Positions 34,119 through 47,998 of a stretch of 64,000 nucleotides of DNA are shown piece by piece (the first letter of the stretch is position 1; every line of letters starts with the position of its first letter). This DNA comes from Trichoplax adhaerens. Taxonomy: Eukaryota; Animalia; Placozoa. Position numbers and translations under genes: made by a program. The stretch covers positions 732,239 to 796,238 of the forward strand of contig NW_002060943.1 of the NCBI RefSeq assembly GCF_000150275.1, given 5' to 3'. The notes beneath the pieces are model-generated. The model saw nothing but the letters and a program-made list of their open reading frames with translations, had not been told where the DNA came from and ran no database searches.

Positions 34119-37100
34119 CTGCTCAAGATATAATTTTCTTCAATATTAGAAACTTGATCACTTATTTATTAACGATCCGATAGGTAATGATGATCTTGTA
34201 TATCCGTAGTCCTACATTTGATATCAAAACGATTTAAAAATTACAACTGAATAATATTGGTGTCCTTCACATTAGCCCGCGCCTGTTCAATTTTATTTAC
34301 GATTATTGAATTTTAAAATGATATCGCTTATGAATGAGACCCTACCCCTGTTCGTCCAATAGATCGAAAAAGTTCTATCCGACTTCCAGGCTAAGATTTT
34401 CTTCTCTCTTGCCCGGATTATCTTACGTTAAATAGCGTAATGCAGGTAGTGGAAAACTGTGACAATAACAAGGAAGAAAAAACCGACCATGGCATATAAG
34501 CATTAACTGAATATTTCACCGAGGCAAACAATTCCGTTTCTTACCGAAAGGAAAATATTCTTAGTGAAATCAATAAAACAAATTAATTCTTTTTCCAATG
34601 AAATGGATATCTACACAAAAAAGTTAATTTGTCGGAATGCAAAAGAAGAAAGATGGAAAGGGAAAGTAAACGAGTAACCGACGCCAATTCATTGCTATAC
34701 CTTAATAAATCATACAGACATGATTTCAAGTTCTTTCCGCTACTAGGATTACTAATTTGAATCAAATCAAGATGAATTATTGTCAATATCATGTAAAACA
34801 TGGACGATCCATTACTTTTGATCATAATTTCATACCCAAGCATGAACTCTGATAAAAATTAAGGTAGATTGATAGCATCTTGGACTCAACAGTGATTAAA
34901 AAGACTGGCGACTAACAACTAAAAGTTAATATCCAGGTTTTCAATCACTTACCTAATACTAATCTCACACAAATGGCCAATCTATTAGTCTTTTAATTCG
35001 TATTTAATTAATCCAGTTGACGGGTATACGTACCGTGGGCAGGACTCCGATGAATCATCCGTCGTTACCTAGTTTACGTTATATCGGCTTCGGATCTCAA
35101 TCTCTTGTAAAATAAATCAGTTCGCAGTCCAATTTTTTAAGCTAAACAAATCAATAGCAATAACAGCCGATAAAATAGCCTTCAAAATTAATTATTACTA
35201 GTTCTATCATAAAAATAGTTAGCTAGAACTATATTGAATATTAAATCAATATTGCGAAGTAACGTACACGCTATGAATAAACTTTCGGAGGTTGCATACA
35301 AAATAAATAGAATGATAGAAAGGAAAAATAGCCAATCTATGCTATGAAAACAAAATAAGATAAATCAAATAATAATTCGTCACTATCGTGGCAGACAGGA
35401 CTATAGATATTTCTAGCCTTTTGTCAATCCATTGATTGTTACCTATTATTAATTCACATCTAGATATGAAATAGAATCAATAGAAACAACCTAAACCATG
35501 ATTATTACTCTGCCATCATTTTGATAATGTATGCAAATGATGAATTAATTATAGTTACAATTCGATGACGAACTTAATTAATCATCGGATATATTGTTTG
35601 TAGCTAAGAAAGCTAAAGAATAACCATCTTGTCTACACAAAGCCCTCGCTATATTATTCCTTTCTCTCATTCTTCCTGTTGCTATAGCAACATTTCCATC
35701 TATCGATCTGAATAGGAACGGATTGGAGAGGGAGTATTGTAGCGGATGTCTTAATTGTAATAAGCTTCTGTGTAAAAAGAAACCTTTATTTTTGAAATTG
35801 AATTATAAAATATTAATACTAGATGAATTAAAATTAATAAGATCGAGATTTGATTTAAATTTAATTATGATGCGATTTTAACTCTATTCCAATAGCATAA
35901 CGACGAATGTATTAAGTTATGCCAACTATTTATCACGACTTTTCTACGCTAAAAAGTTTAAATTATTAGCAAAATATCGAAAATAGCTCCAGTACCTGAC
36001 AGTAGATCTGTACTTAATTAAGACAGCAAAAGTTACGATCTACTGCAGGGGCAATAATTCCTCCAAGTTTAGGAATAAACTACTTAGAAAAGATCCACTA
36101 TTAAAAAAGTAGCTCACATGCGATAGTGGTTAAAAATTTCTCAAGCAATAGTCTGCTATCATTTTAAATCTATCTCGAACGTTTATCAACTTTGAAGTAA
36201 CGGAATCTTGTCTTAAATAATTTTTGGCATATCTCTAAAAGTTAGGTTTTGTGCACACTTTTTACATGTAGATCTGTTAATTCATATGGGCTTAAAACTT
36301 ATACATATAGAGTACTATGGAGTGAAAGTTAATATTTCCACCTTAATCGATGTGATAGTAATAAGATCTGTAAGAGTTGCTTCAGTAGAGAATACAAATG
36401 GGAAAAATTTAGACACTATCAAATAAACATATTCCCTTAAAATGTAGTACTTAGACCTAACATACAAGTGGAAACACAGTTAATTCAAATTATCTCTATT
36501 TTCGATAATATTAATGTTATGGCCAATATCCGTATTGACCGGCTCGTTGATAATATTTAATTGGGAAATCTTGACTATCAAAATCTATTTTTCAAAGTTA
36601 TATCATATTTTGATTTTTGTGAAATATTAGCCTAAACTACTGGCTTCCTATTTATATCATGAAAGATTCTTAATTCATTCGGAAATGTTCATTGTCAATC
36701 ATTTTTACGAAACGAGTATGGTCGTGTTAAGGGTTAAGTGTTAAGGGTTTATTCATAAAAGTTAAAATAGATTGAATCTATCTATAATATTAGGTAATAA
36801 AATATGCGCTATATGAGCTATGTATTATCAAAACACACAAAGAAATTGAAATTATTTCTATATACAAGTTTATTTATGTTACATTGCTTACGTTCTGTAT
36901 AAAGAGTGCAATGAGAAAATAAATTGTAATAGGACTTGATCGGTAAAATTTTGACCGATCTTGATATAAATTCATTATGTAAACTCTAGCATTGCGATCC
37001 AAGATGGTAAATTTATGTTCTTGATTGCTAAAATCTGACTATTATCGGAACATTGAGATAGTAGTAAACAGTATCAAGACAGTTGTTGAAGCCAAGATAT

Positions 37101-38988
37101 GACATTTCGAAGTCAAAAGGTTAGATATTAGAAAATGGTATACAGCACAATTTTGCGCGATAACCATTTAGCCAGTGCTTCGCTGTCTATCTATAAGTAA
37201 TTTTAATTGATCAGCAAGAGTTGGTGCTTCGCATAAGATCAATAAACTACTCTATAATATCTTCCTTAATGATATAAGTCGTTGCATCAAAACTGGCCTA
37301 TAGAGTTGGATTCTGTTATAAGTGTTAAAACATTTAATTTTGATACGATACTATACATGGTATTTGTCACATTTTCTTGAATGAATTTAAAGCTTAAGAT
37401 CAAACGAGTGGTATTCTAAATATTCAGATGGTAAAAGAAAAATGCAAGTTATTATAAGGCCTAAAGTAGTTGCAAGTATCAAATACGAATGTGATAGCTT
37501 TAATTTAAGAATCTAGCCTTATGTTAACATGATTTAGTATTATGTAAGATATCAAAATCTGATAATAATTGATTACAAGATTTTTAAAATTTTTGATTGC
37601 CTCTTGTAATTTCAGTTTTAAAAATTTTGTATCGTTAATATAGTGTATTGGCATTTCGAGATTGCACCATAGGATACAGGTTTTCGATTTTATATACTAT
37701 ATTACTTTTATACAGCAAGTATGTTAATCGAATGAAGTTTTAATTTTAGGTCAAGCGAATGGTATTATGTATGTAACGTAGTATAGTAATACATGGCAAA
37801 CGTTAGAAGTTGCAGTCTTTATAATGTCAGAATATTGCATCTGGAAAACAATCGATTTTATTTAAGAGTTTACGAACAATTCGATTCAACATCTGCTTTA
37901 GTAAGCACCAAATTGTGAATAATGAACCCCAAAACATTAATAATTTTAGTTACGTTGAAACATATTAGTAAAACTAATGCATAAAATGATCTTCAAATGA
38001 AATCAACGATATTTTATATCTCAAATTTGATCATTAAAGATGCCGGTCTAGAACATCAGGCTATTACAGCTTTACCAAATATAAATTTTAGTATTATCGG
38101 TGGGTAATGCTAATTTTTCGTCGAACAGAGTTGTAATCTCAAATGAAATGAGTGACATTTAAAATTCACAGCAAGTGAGAATATAGGCTTCGACTCGTAA
38201 ATTAGATACTTTCAAATATGGATTTGGAAAGACGTTATTAATTATCGTTAATTTTAAAACAAGCAGCTTTATAGAAATTGCATATTATGCGCATATATAT
38301 AAATAATGAAAATGCATAAGAAACTGACAGCCTATTATCATCATTAGGCTATCCACTCAATTAAAATCAATTATTACTCTAAATTACTAAATGCGCAATA
38401 GTCCAGAAAATATTAGTGCGTAATAAATTATATTTTTAAAGTAATCGTTTGATATAAATCGTACCGTCTACGGATACATATAAATAATAATCAAATCTGT
38501 AAATTTAACCGATGTTATTGATGAATAGACAGCAACCTATCTGATAAAGAGAGGATAAGTAAGGCAATATATACGTCAAGACATGAAAAGGGGGTGATAA
38601 TTGAAGGTCACGCAGAGATTATATTTTTTTATATTATTTAGATCGGGACCATATCAGCTGCGATTTGACTGAAAGTTCATTAGGAATATTTAATGCAAAT
38701 GTTATTTCGCAAACAATTTAAATTACATTTACAACAGCTGAAAAATAAGAAATTAAGTTATATTCTAGGCCTTTCATGCTCCATTTAAATTAAAACGGTG
38801 TTCAATTTAATTTATCACCTGTACTCAGTACCGAAATACAAATACTTTATAAAGCATTTCATTATTTAAACCTTCGTTGTTTTAATTAAAAGTAATTAGG
38901 TATTCACCTTTTAATAAAATATAACAGAAATTGTGAAGTTTCGTAATCATAGATTGAAATGCAAATGCTATTTACTCTTGGTCGGATT

Positions 38989-41900
38989 TCAATCATTAAA
39001 TATGCTTGAAATTGGCGTTTCTTCAGTTTCTTCATCTGAATTTAAGGTCCTATAAATGGTAAGATCTTTGCTAAGGCTATATACTGCCCATGGCTGGATT
39101 TCAGCTGAACTATACATTAGGTAAATGAGGCTGCATGCCGTTAAAACTGCTCCAACTTCATAGAAAACAGTATGCCAACTGTGTATGTTCTACAAATCAC
39201 AGGTAGAGCAAATTTTAATCGATATTGTATATTATAGAAAATTGCAACTTAGATACCACACTACAGCAACAGACAATTTTTAAATCAAGCATGCCATATC
39301 AGTGCAGCGTACATTCAGGGAATTAGAAAACCTAGTTAATCTGGCTATCATTAATGAAAGCTAGCAAATAAGCAAAACAATTACCTCAGGTTCTATAATA
39401 AAACCAGCTATTAGTGGACTTATAGCCGATGCTAAGCTACTGAAAATGTCAATAAAAGCCGTAATAATTCCAACATGGATTGGTGCTATATCAAGTGGAT
39501 TGGCCATGATTGTGCAATACATTGCTGCTTCGATAATAACGATAAGGTACAAGGCTGTAATAAGGATACCTTGATCACTGCTATAGGTCATCAACATTAG
39601 ACTACCAGCGGGCACAATGGAGCCTATATATCAACATGATCAAAGCGATGTTCTTCATGGCTGTGTTTTGAATGATTATAATCGATTTTTCCATAAATAT
39701 AACATAAAAGCAGGCTTATAGCGACTGCAAGACAAATGAGTATTATTTACCTAACAATAGAAACGCGTTCCTGGTAGCGGTCTTAGAGAAGTGATTCTGA
39801 ATTAATTTATCAGCTAATATGCTAAATAGTAACATGAAAACTGCATGGAGAAAGAATGGTATGCATGATAGTAATCCAATCTGAAAGAAATTTATACGAT
39901 TAATTGTTAAAAAAATGTAATTAGAATCAGTGAACATATTCATAAATGAAAAGGTTCAATATTTATTATCTCGTAATGTGTTAGTCGACATAATGATAAA
40001 CCTACCGAATAAATTTTTTTGTCGTATAAAATATAAAATAGTATAGGAAAGTATGCTATCAGCATACTATTAAGCCAGCCTAAACCAAAGCTTCCCAGTG
40101 CAAGAGCCCAGATAGGTCTTGAGCACAAAATGGAGCTCCAGGGTATCTTGTATGGCTATGATTACAGACAGAAAGGGGCAGTAAATAATCAGAATGATGA
40201 GTTTAATTCCACAAGAATGTAATAAACGTAAATCTTATATTACTAGTTTTATTAGCTGCAAATATTTAAATTAAGCGGGAGCTAGGATTTGTAGCTGCTG
40301 TAGTAATATACTGCAGATATTCTTGGTAAAGAGAATTATTTCTGGCAAGTAAGTTAAACTATCTCTGATTTTACTGTTTGTAAATAAACAGCAGATTTAA
40401 TCATAGCACTTAAGTAACGGTGATGTATTGATACATTTATGACTAGCCTTATTACCAACCAAATTAAAATTTAGTGAAGGTATGATCATGGATAAATTAG
40501 TATGATCAAAATAACATAATATTATTTAACGCTGATACGAAATCTAGAGCCTATTCGTACTGGCTTGCGATAAACTTTATTAATTTGGTAAAATGGTAGC
40601 TCAAAGCAATTATAAAAGATAAAATACGTTCATTACTATTGAAGGTTACCGCTACTAAGCTAATGCTATCGAATTCAATTGCCTTTGGAAAAGTTCCTCG
40701 TTATAAAATATACCTGATATCCCAATGGTCCTTGCTTATCTTCAATCGTGGTTTGGATGTATTCGGCTTCATCATAAGAAATAAATGTATGTATACTTGG
40801 TGAGTTTGTAAAGAACATGCACCAGATCATGGTCCAAATTATTCCTGTAGCACCTATAAGAGTTTCGACGAATTCATGTTGATAAGAAACATTAAATAGA
40901 GCTTTATTTATTTTCAGATAATTCAAGAATCTTTTCAAAATATATATTCTCTTACCGCAAATATAAAACACGGTAGGCCAGCTAAAATAATACAGCACAT
41001 ATCCAGAAAAATAGATGGTCATAAATGATCCTATCGTTTCTCCTGCAAGTGATCAGTAAACAAATCAGAGAAAAATATTTACTTCAAGCTAGATACAGAA
41101 CTCTGCTGTTAAAGAGATATGGTGCATCACAGATTATTCACATACCTATTGCTGGAGCTACCGAGAAACGTGTTATTTCTTGAGGAGAAGCCCACCGACT
41201 CCATAGATCATTCACAGCAGCATGGAAAGGAGTCTTTATGCAAGAAATAACATAAAAAATTTCAAGTACCGGTAAAACGAATAGATCAGAATTTATCAGA
41301 CTGTAAATAAGATATTGACACGAAAGCCATCAGAATGAAAGAAATTTGATTCAAAGGATGGGAAATAAGACACCTAATTGTGGCTTTCACTACTTGACCA
41401 CTTGAGGAATAATAAATGCTAAAGGATTAGTTACAGTAGTTGTTTTCCGGAAGAAATAGAGATTATTTTTTTTTCTGCACATCACTGCTAAGGTTAGGAA
41501 CGATTCTGTCTGCAAAATTTTAACCGTGACTTAAAACTCCACATTATTGACATATCAAGCTGAGAACTTTATGGTTATGTATAATTTAATTGCATTCCTT
41601 CATCAAAACATCAGGTGTTGCTACCACTACGTAAGCATTTACAGGGCCATACTTGGGATAGGTAATCAATGAAAGATATGATAACCAGTGGTCCATAATT
41701 GACTCAATTTGCAGTAAGAACTATCTATATATTATTACCGTACGGTACTTTTGCTAATAAATCGCTTCCCCAATAGATAGATGTTAACTTAATTTAGGTT
41801 ACTGTAGGGTTTGCAAGCTACGCTTTAAACAATATGAATGAGGGTAATTTTGTCTCTATCCTTCTTCGACAATAGCATTTGTTAAATAAAGGTTTAAGTC

Positions 41901-43567
41901 TATTGCTGTATTAATTACGTAAAGAATGCTATATCAACAGTACTGCTTGTAGGTTATCGATTCAAATGTGGCATGATAGGGCTTATGTACTATTTCTGTG
42001 GTTAGAAATCAATTTTTCAGACTATCCTAATCATGGTTCAATTAAGTGATTAGGAGTAAAGTTGGGAATATAATGACAAGCGATACAGTAATAATCTTCG
42101 TGAACATAGTTTCAAAAGTTATTAGCTAAAAGATGGAGATGATAAATGCTTGTAATAGAATTCTTGTATAATATAGGTGTTATAGGCTTACCTGACAGAG
42201 GCCCGCAAATACTCGTAAGACTACGAATAATGTAAAATTATACATTGCCGCCAATGGTTGAAAGATGGTCGATAATGAACTCAAAAATATGCCAATTAAC
42301 AAAACTTTCCATCCACCTATTCGTGTAACTAGCCATCCTCCAGGTAACTGCATAACAATTTGGCCATAATGAACGGCACTAAGCGCAATACCTAAAGGTA
42401 TGGAGGATCGATTGATGGAGTAATTCGTTAAGAATGATAGCGAATAGTACATCGCAATTATGGTTATATCTCAATATAAGTTCGTATGCGAAATTGTAGC
42501 GAAGTTTATCAGATTCTGACGAAATAAGCCACAACAGTTCTAAATCAGGAAGTAACTGCTGTCTATCACATAGTAATTATCAAAATGCAGTAGGATTCTA
42601 ACTACTTGCACGACTATCATGATGGTCGATTAGAATAAAAATTAGAGATTATCTTTGAATTAAAGTTATATCGTTCGGTAAGATATAGTATGAACAAAGT
42701 TTTTCTACTACGAAATTGATTAATACGGCAATAATAGTTTCAGCAGTCTTACATGAAATTGTACTGACTAAAAATGAAATGTTTATGGCCTCATGATTAA
42801 GTAAATATACATAGATCATAAATAGTACATTAATATTTGTCTTAAAGGTTTCTTACTCTACTATTACTGCTTAATGTCACGGCGTTTAATACAAGTCTAG
42901 TATTGAGTAAAAGACTCAAATTTTATTAAATACATTAGTATTAAATTGTTCTTATTTTTCAGTGTCAAATATAAAAGCAATCGATTTTGGTTCCTTTAGA
43001 TCTCTTTTGCCGATTATCGACTGCTCAACAGGGCACTGAGACCATCTTACCTTGTTGTGTGGATGTCCAATTTAAAAAGTAAATCTATAGCGAAGAAGTT
43101 AGAAAGAGAACATACCTGAATTAAGAGTAAAATGGCAACATATAAAAGTTTTCCAGAGCATTTCGATCGTGAATTAAGTTTGATTTACGTTACTACATCA
43201 ATTAATGATCAATGATGTCAAGCTTTTATTAATAAAATGTTATAAAAGCAATATGATGGATGATAAAGCAGCTTACCGAATTCTCCAGCGGGGGAATATC
43301 ATTAGGATGATATGTCATCGTTACGATAGTCATACTTAAATTGATTTTTGTGGCCATGGTGATTATTCCACAGAAAATGACCATGAAAAACATAAAATAA
43401 CGCACACTGCAGCAATAAGATGGTAATCTCGAGTTTGCTTTCCTCGGTCTTAATAGTCTTTTCCTCTCTTCAAGTAGATTTATAGATGGTCGACCATCCC
43501 AATCAAATGCTTCCTGTCGAAATGGCAGTGTAGACTGGCCAGAGGGTTTGTGGGTATTTTCCGACAT
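38989..43567 (-). CDS. SLC17-family MFS transporter, copy B (tandem paralog), 10 exons
   Basis: Exons (approximate): 43567-43277 (SVRYFM..TKINLSMTI), 43086-43050 (FLNWTSTQQG), 42390-42192 (YGQIVMQLPGGW), 41233-41146 (WSRWASPQE), 41042-40956 (WPTVFYI), 40853-40714, 40155-40006 (IPWSSILCSRPIWA), 39880-39750, 39623-39385 (ANPLDIAP), and 39189-38989 (SAEIQPWA..FND*). The exon layout matches copy A. Confidence 0.9.
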
Positions 43568-46499
43568 GGATGATAACTTTCTGTAGCTAATCAGAGCTAG
43601 TAGTGTTAATATAGTAAATAAAAATCATCGCTAAGTATTTTCTTTCTATCACATCTTGAACAAGAATTGCTTAAGTACTGCTACTTGAAAGGGTTACCAC
43701 AAATATTGAATTAAATATGAATGTGTAGTCGTCGTGTATTGGAGTAAATTTTTATGTCACATGGAGTAATTAGCTTGAATTGCTCATAGAAGATTAAGGC
43801 TATGACCAAGTCTATTGCAACTTCTAAAAAAACGGTAAATTTTCTTACTTTACAGTGATAGATTTAATTAAGTCACTATTGAAGGATATATTGACACTCC
43901 TAATATGTTTTAAATCTGACAATTTCATTTTCTAATAGTCATCAACTGCATTGGCCTAAAATGCAACGAGAAACTATTCGATTTGAGCAAACATAACATC
44001 CATCGTTAAATTCACAGGAGTATTAGGCTCTTGAATGTTAATACTTTTCATCATGTTGTTTACAAGACTAGTAATTATAACTTGTAACAGTAGTCAAGTG
44101 AATTATATTCGTATTACTAAATAGTAAATATCATAGCGTGCGATAACTAAGGTTTCAGATAGAATTGATTTATCATCTACTTTTGTAAGCTATAATCAAA
44201 AGAAATAAAAGTAAGTTATACTTGCTTCAAGGAAGCAAGTAAACCTCACTGCTACAGGTGTCAATGTATAAATATTGACAATAAGAGATCAGCTATGTAA
44301 AGAGGATTATGATCACAACGTCGATAAATGGGATAGACTATTGGTGTTTAATGCACGAATTGCTTGTATGAAATAACCAAGACTTTATGTTTAAAATACC
44401 TTACGGATCTACGATAAGTAAATTGACTGGATATGCAGTTAATAATAATAATAGAATAAATTAGATTATGTATCGAAATCTGTTGACGATAATTTTAAAC
44501 GATACTATCTAATGCTATCTGCAAGTGTAATTTATTCCCAGACATTAGTTTATGAATGTTGGATATGGAAGTAAATAACTATCTTCAAAGGGGGAAATAT
44601 AGACTGCGATGAAGTATATAGAAAAAAATCGCGGGCTCAACATCTGTCTTTGCTTGGAGGCCTACTAGTGTAACCAAGTCAAATCAATTAACTAATGGCT
44701 TTTTAATAAACTAGAATTTAGGTAAATAGTAGAGGATAACTTTGTAGTTCTGGCTTTGGACTGTAATAGTTTCTTATTAATTCTGGAGTTTGTTTTCAAA
44801 CGATATTAAGGTCAAAATATTGTCTTCAACGATTGTGAATACATAAGATTTTAACGATCATTGATCGCAACTACTTTTAAGATCGAAAGTGTGGATAGAA
44901 AACGTTATCACAACTCTATTAAGTAATCTATCATTTTGCTTCTAAAGTGATCATGTCATCAAGAATTAGTTCTTCTAACGCCCCATATTTTACGTTTGCA
45001 ATATTACGAGATAACTACTATGCTCTAAGCATTGCGATTACGCATAGCTTACTTGTTTCTATCATCACTTCAGTAGTAACTAATCATAAGTTAATAAATT
45101 AATAAACTGCATCGTTTTGGTTTGTATCTTTACAAATAAATAAATTCTTTCGTTAGAGCCCAATATCAATGAAGATTAGTCCTATAAGATTTAAATTAGA
45201 CGTAAATAGTCGATTTTATCACAAGTTCAGCCTTCTACTTACGCCAAGGTTAAGAATCTAAACCATTCAATAATTTACAGCAAGTTGACCAATTTTAGCG
45301 TAGTTTTATCCCAATAACACCTCTACTAATCTGGATCAATGCTCGTCCTTCTATCTGAAATCGCTTCGTACTGTTAAAATCATATCGTCCTTATTAGACG
45401 CCGCCTACCTAATGGATATGGGCAGCATCGGTTGAAAATTATAAGAACCCTTTACTTGTCTGTTACTCATGACTAGGACGCACTACAATTTGACAACTAA
45501 GGCAACCATGGTAGAATCGCTTAGCACAACCTAATTATTTAGTCATGGCTGCTATTGTATATCCTAGTGTAGTAATTGTATTCAACTCAAAAATGGCATC
45601 TTTTCAATCATAATGCCTAAAACAATACTATTTTTCCTGGAGGTATGGAAACATCAATTAATACATTGATTTACTTTTGATTCAGAATTTCTAATTACGG
45701 AGAACAATCATAGCCCCTCAGGCGTTCTTCCTTACTGTTCCTACATAATCTATACAAACTTAAGGACAATATGGCAGGCAGAAGAGGAAATTCATTCAAA
45801 CTATAACCGAGAAGATAACATTTTCACCGTCTAGAACAAGATTTTAATGATTTAATTCTTTTGATACAAGTTTATTTTCTAGGATTGTATATTAGGTTTC
45901 CGAGGAAATCCTTTATAATTGATATGATTTGTTAATTTTACCCGCTAATACTTTCTAATCGTATATAAATGGAAAATAAACAACGCTAAGAATCCTAACT
46001 CTCGTTTTCTAATACCAATTTCCCGATTTTATGACGATCTCTGTATTGATGAACTCTTAATGACAGAATTAGGATGCTACAATATTCTAGCTCAATTGTG
46101 TTTCATCGCTGCGAATGATAATTCAATGACTTACTATTGTTAATCAAGTAGATTAAGATAGTTCAAAATTTATTTTATGTGAATCTTTTTTAGTATTGAA
46201 ATATAAACTGGTCAGGCCAGTAGGCAAATACCAAGCTTATATAGCAATCTTTGCTATTGATGTGATAAAGGAACATGACGGAATAGTTTCTATTTGGTCT
46301 GTTCTTTTTCACTTTTAGCTAAATTTCAATTCTACAACTTGCAAATACACCAGCAACATGAATATAAGAAGTTTAATAAAAACATTCAAGTAGTGTTTAA
46401 ATACTATGACGAACAACCAGTAATATCCATTTCCGTAGGCTGATCAGCATTTTTCAACTAATCCAGTCATAGACAAAGTTTAATGGCCAGTCAAATTCT

Positions 46500-47998
46500 T
46501 TCACAGTTATGATTATGATCATGGCACTAGCATATGAGTATACTATACTCGTATACCGTTATCTAGCTACCGTTATCTAGCTACTTTTTTTAATAATTGT
46601 TTTACTGATAAACTCTTTATTACCTTTTATGAACTAGTCCGCTAATAAACAAGGATTAAAAGCCGGTCAAACTTATCACAGTTATGAAGTCTTTGCACTT
46701 TATTGCAATAGTCGTTACAACTCGCGATAGATCCGACATGTATCTTATAGCGTTCTTGCAGCATGGACAATTTAGTACAGTACCAGTAATAATCCGTAGT
46801 CGTGTTTTTGGTGCACGCACACAACTTGTTACATTCCTACCACAGAGGTTTATGTCATACTATATTTACTTGCGCCTTTTTAAGATTTCAGCTGGACTAC
46901 AGAAAGGGACACCAAAATGGCTATCGACAGCAATCAGTCCGCAAGTCTTATGTACTCTACTCTTTGTATAATATTTTACCATGCTGTACTATTTACTGCA
47001 CGGTGAGCCGCAAACTTGTCAAAACATCATTTTGCAAAGTTGCTGAAATTGGATTTGATCTAAATGAATTATTAACATTATTTCTGTACGTGCGAATGTC
47101 CCTGAAATAAGAATCTCCAGTATATAGGACACTTGATAGAATGTTCTACAGTATATATATATAACCTATAGACTATAGCATGGAATTTCGTAGTCCATGA
47201 TTGCATGTTTTGCCGCAAAAGTTGAGCTGTAGTAGCATGCTAACGCGAGCCTGTGACAAAGTGTCTTGTCAAAAATACAACCAAAACTATAGTTTCTTGC
47301 AAACTTGACTTTACAGTATTCCATAAGATTAGGTTGATGATACAACTAGCAAGGACGATCTAGCTGCAATCAGACTATCTCAAGACTATCTACGGACCTC
47401 CATCATCTTCATTTTCAGCTTGGTTTAGGCTGCACGGCCAAGACTGGTCGGGAATGTACAAGAGTAGCCCTCAGCACAGTCCGGTCCGATCCGTTCCGGT
47501 CCAGTCCTGGTCCTATTTCAATGATTACAATACGAAAAGTGCTTGAGTGTACAGTACATACTGTGGAAGTATGCACTGTGCAGATGACAGTAAGTCAATG
47601 ACGAGGCTGACTATTTTTCTAGTCATTCTACTCTACGCTATTACTGAAATCGTACACCGCACTGCTATTAGTATGAGCAGCTAATTTGCATGACGATAGT
47701 GTACTGCACACTGTACCGGGTACTGTAGTCACGAGACGCCAATAGAAATGTCTGCTGACATCATCCATGCTATACAAATACTGAGTCACAGCAGACGTGT
47801 ATACGTACTATAATAGTGAAAAGATGGACTAAATACTTCTGAGCATGCTCGGATGACGAAAGCGGAGAAAGGCCCAAGTGGCTCTTTGCTTAATAATAAA
47901 GTTCCTCTTCTTGGTCAACATGGAGTAGTTACTTTGCTAACTTGAATACATCATTTTACCCAGTCTCTCTGATCGTGATATCCAATAATTACATAGAA
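46500..47998. promoter_or_regulatory. Upstream region of ASCC2 (divergent from SLC17 copy B); second TACAG/CTGTA-rich, GC-richer island
   Basis: It shows the same compositional shift as 19.4-23.3 kb. It also contains a (GGTCC)n-like pentamer run at ~47478-47513, a 14-bp tandem duplication (TACCGTTATCTAGC) at 46554-46584, and GTAGTC/GACTAC words. Confidence 0.55.

Noticed and set aside
36724-36750. GTGTTAAGGGTT twice: piggyBac-like end or telomere-like repeat
   Set aside because: No matching opposite TIR was found nearby, there is no transposase, and it is not a TTAGGG array.
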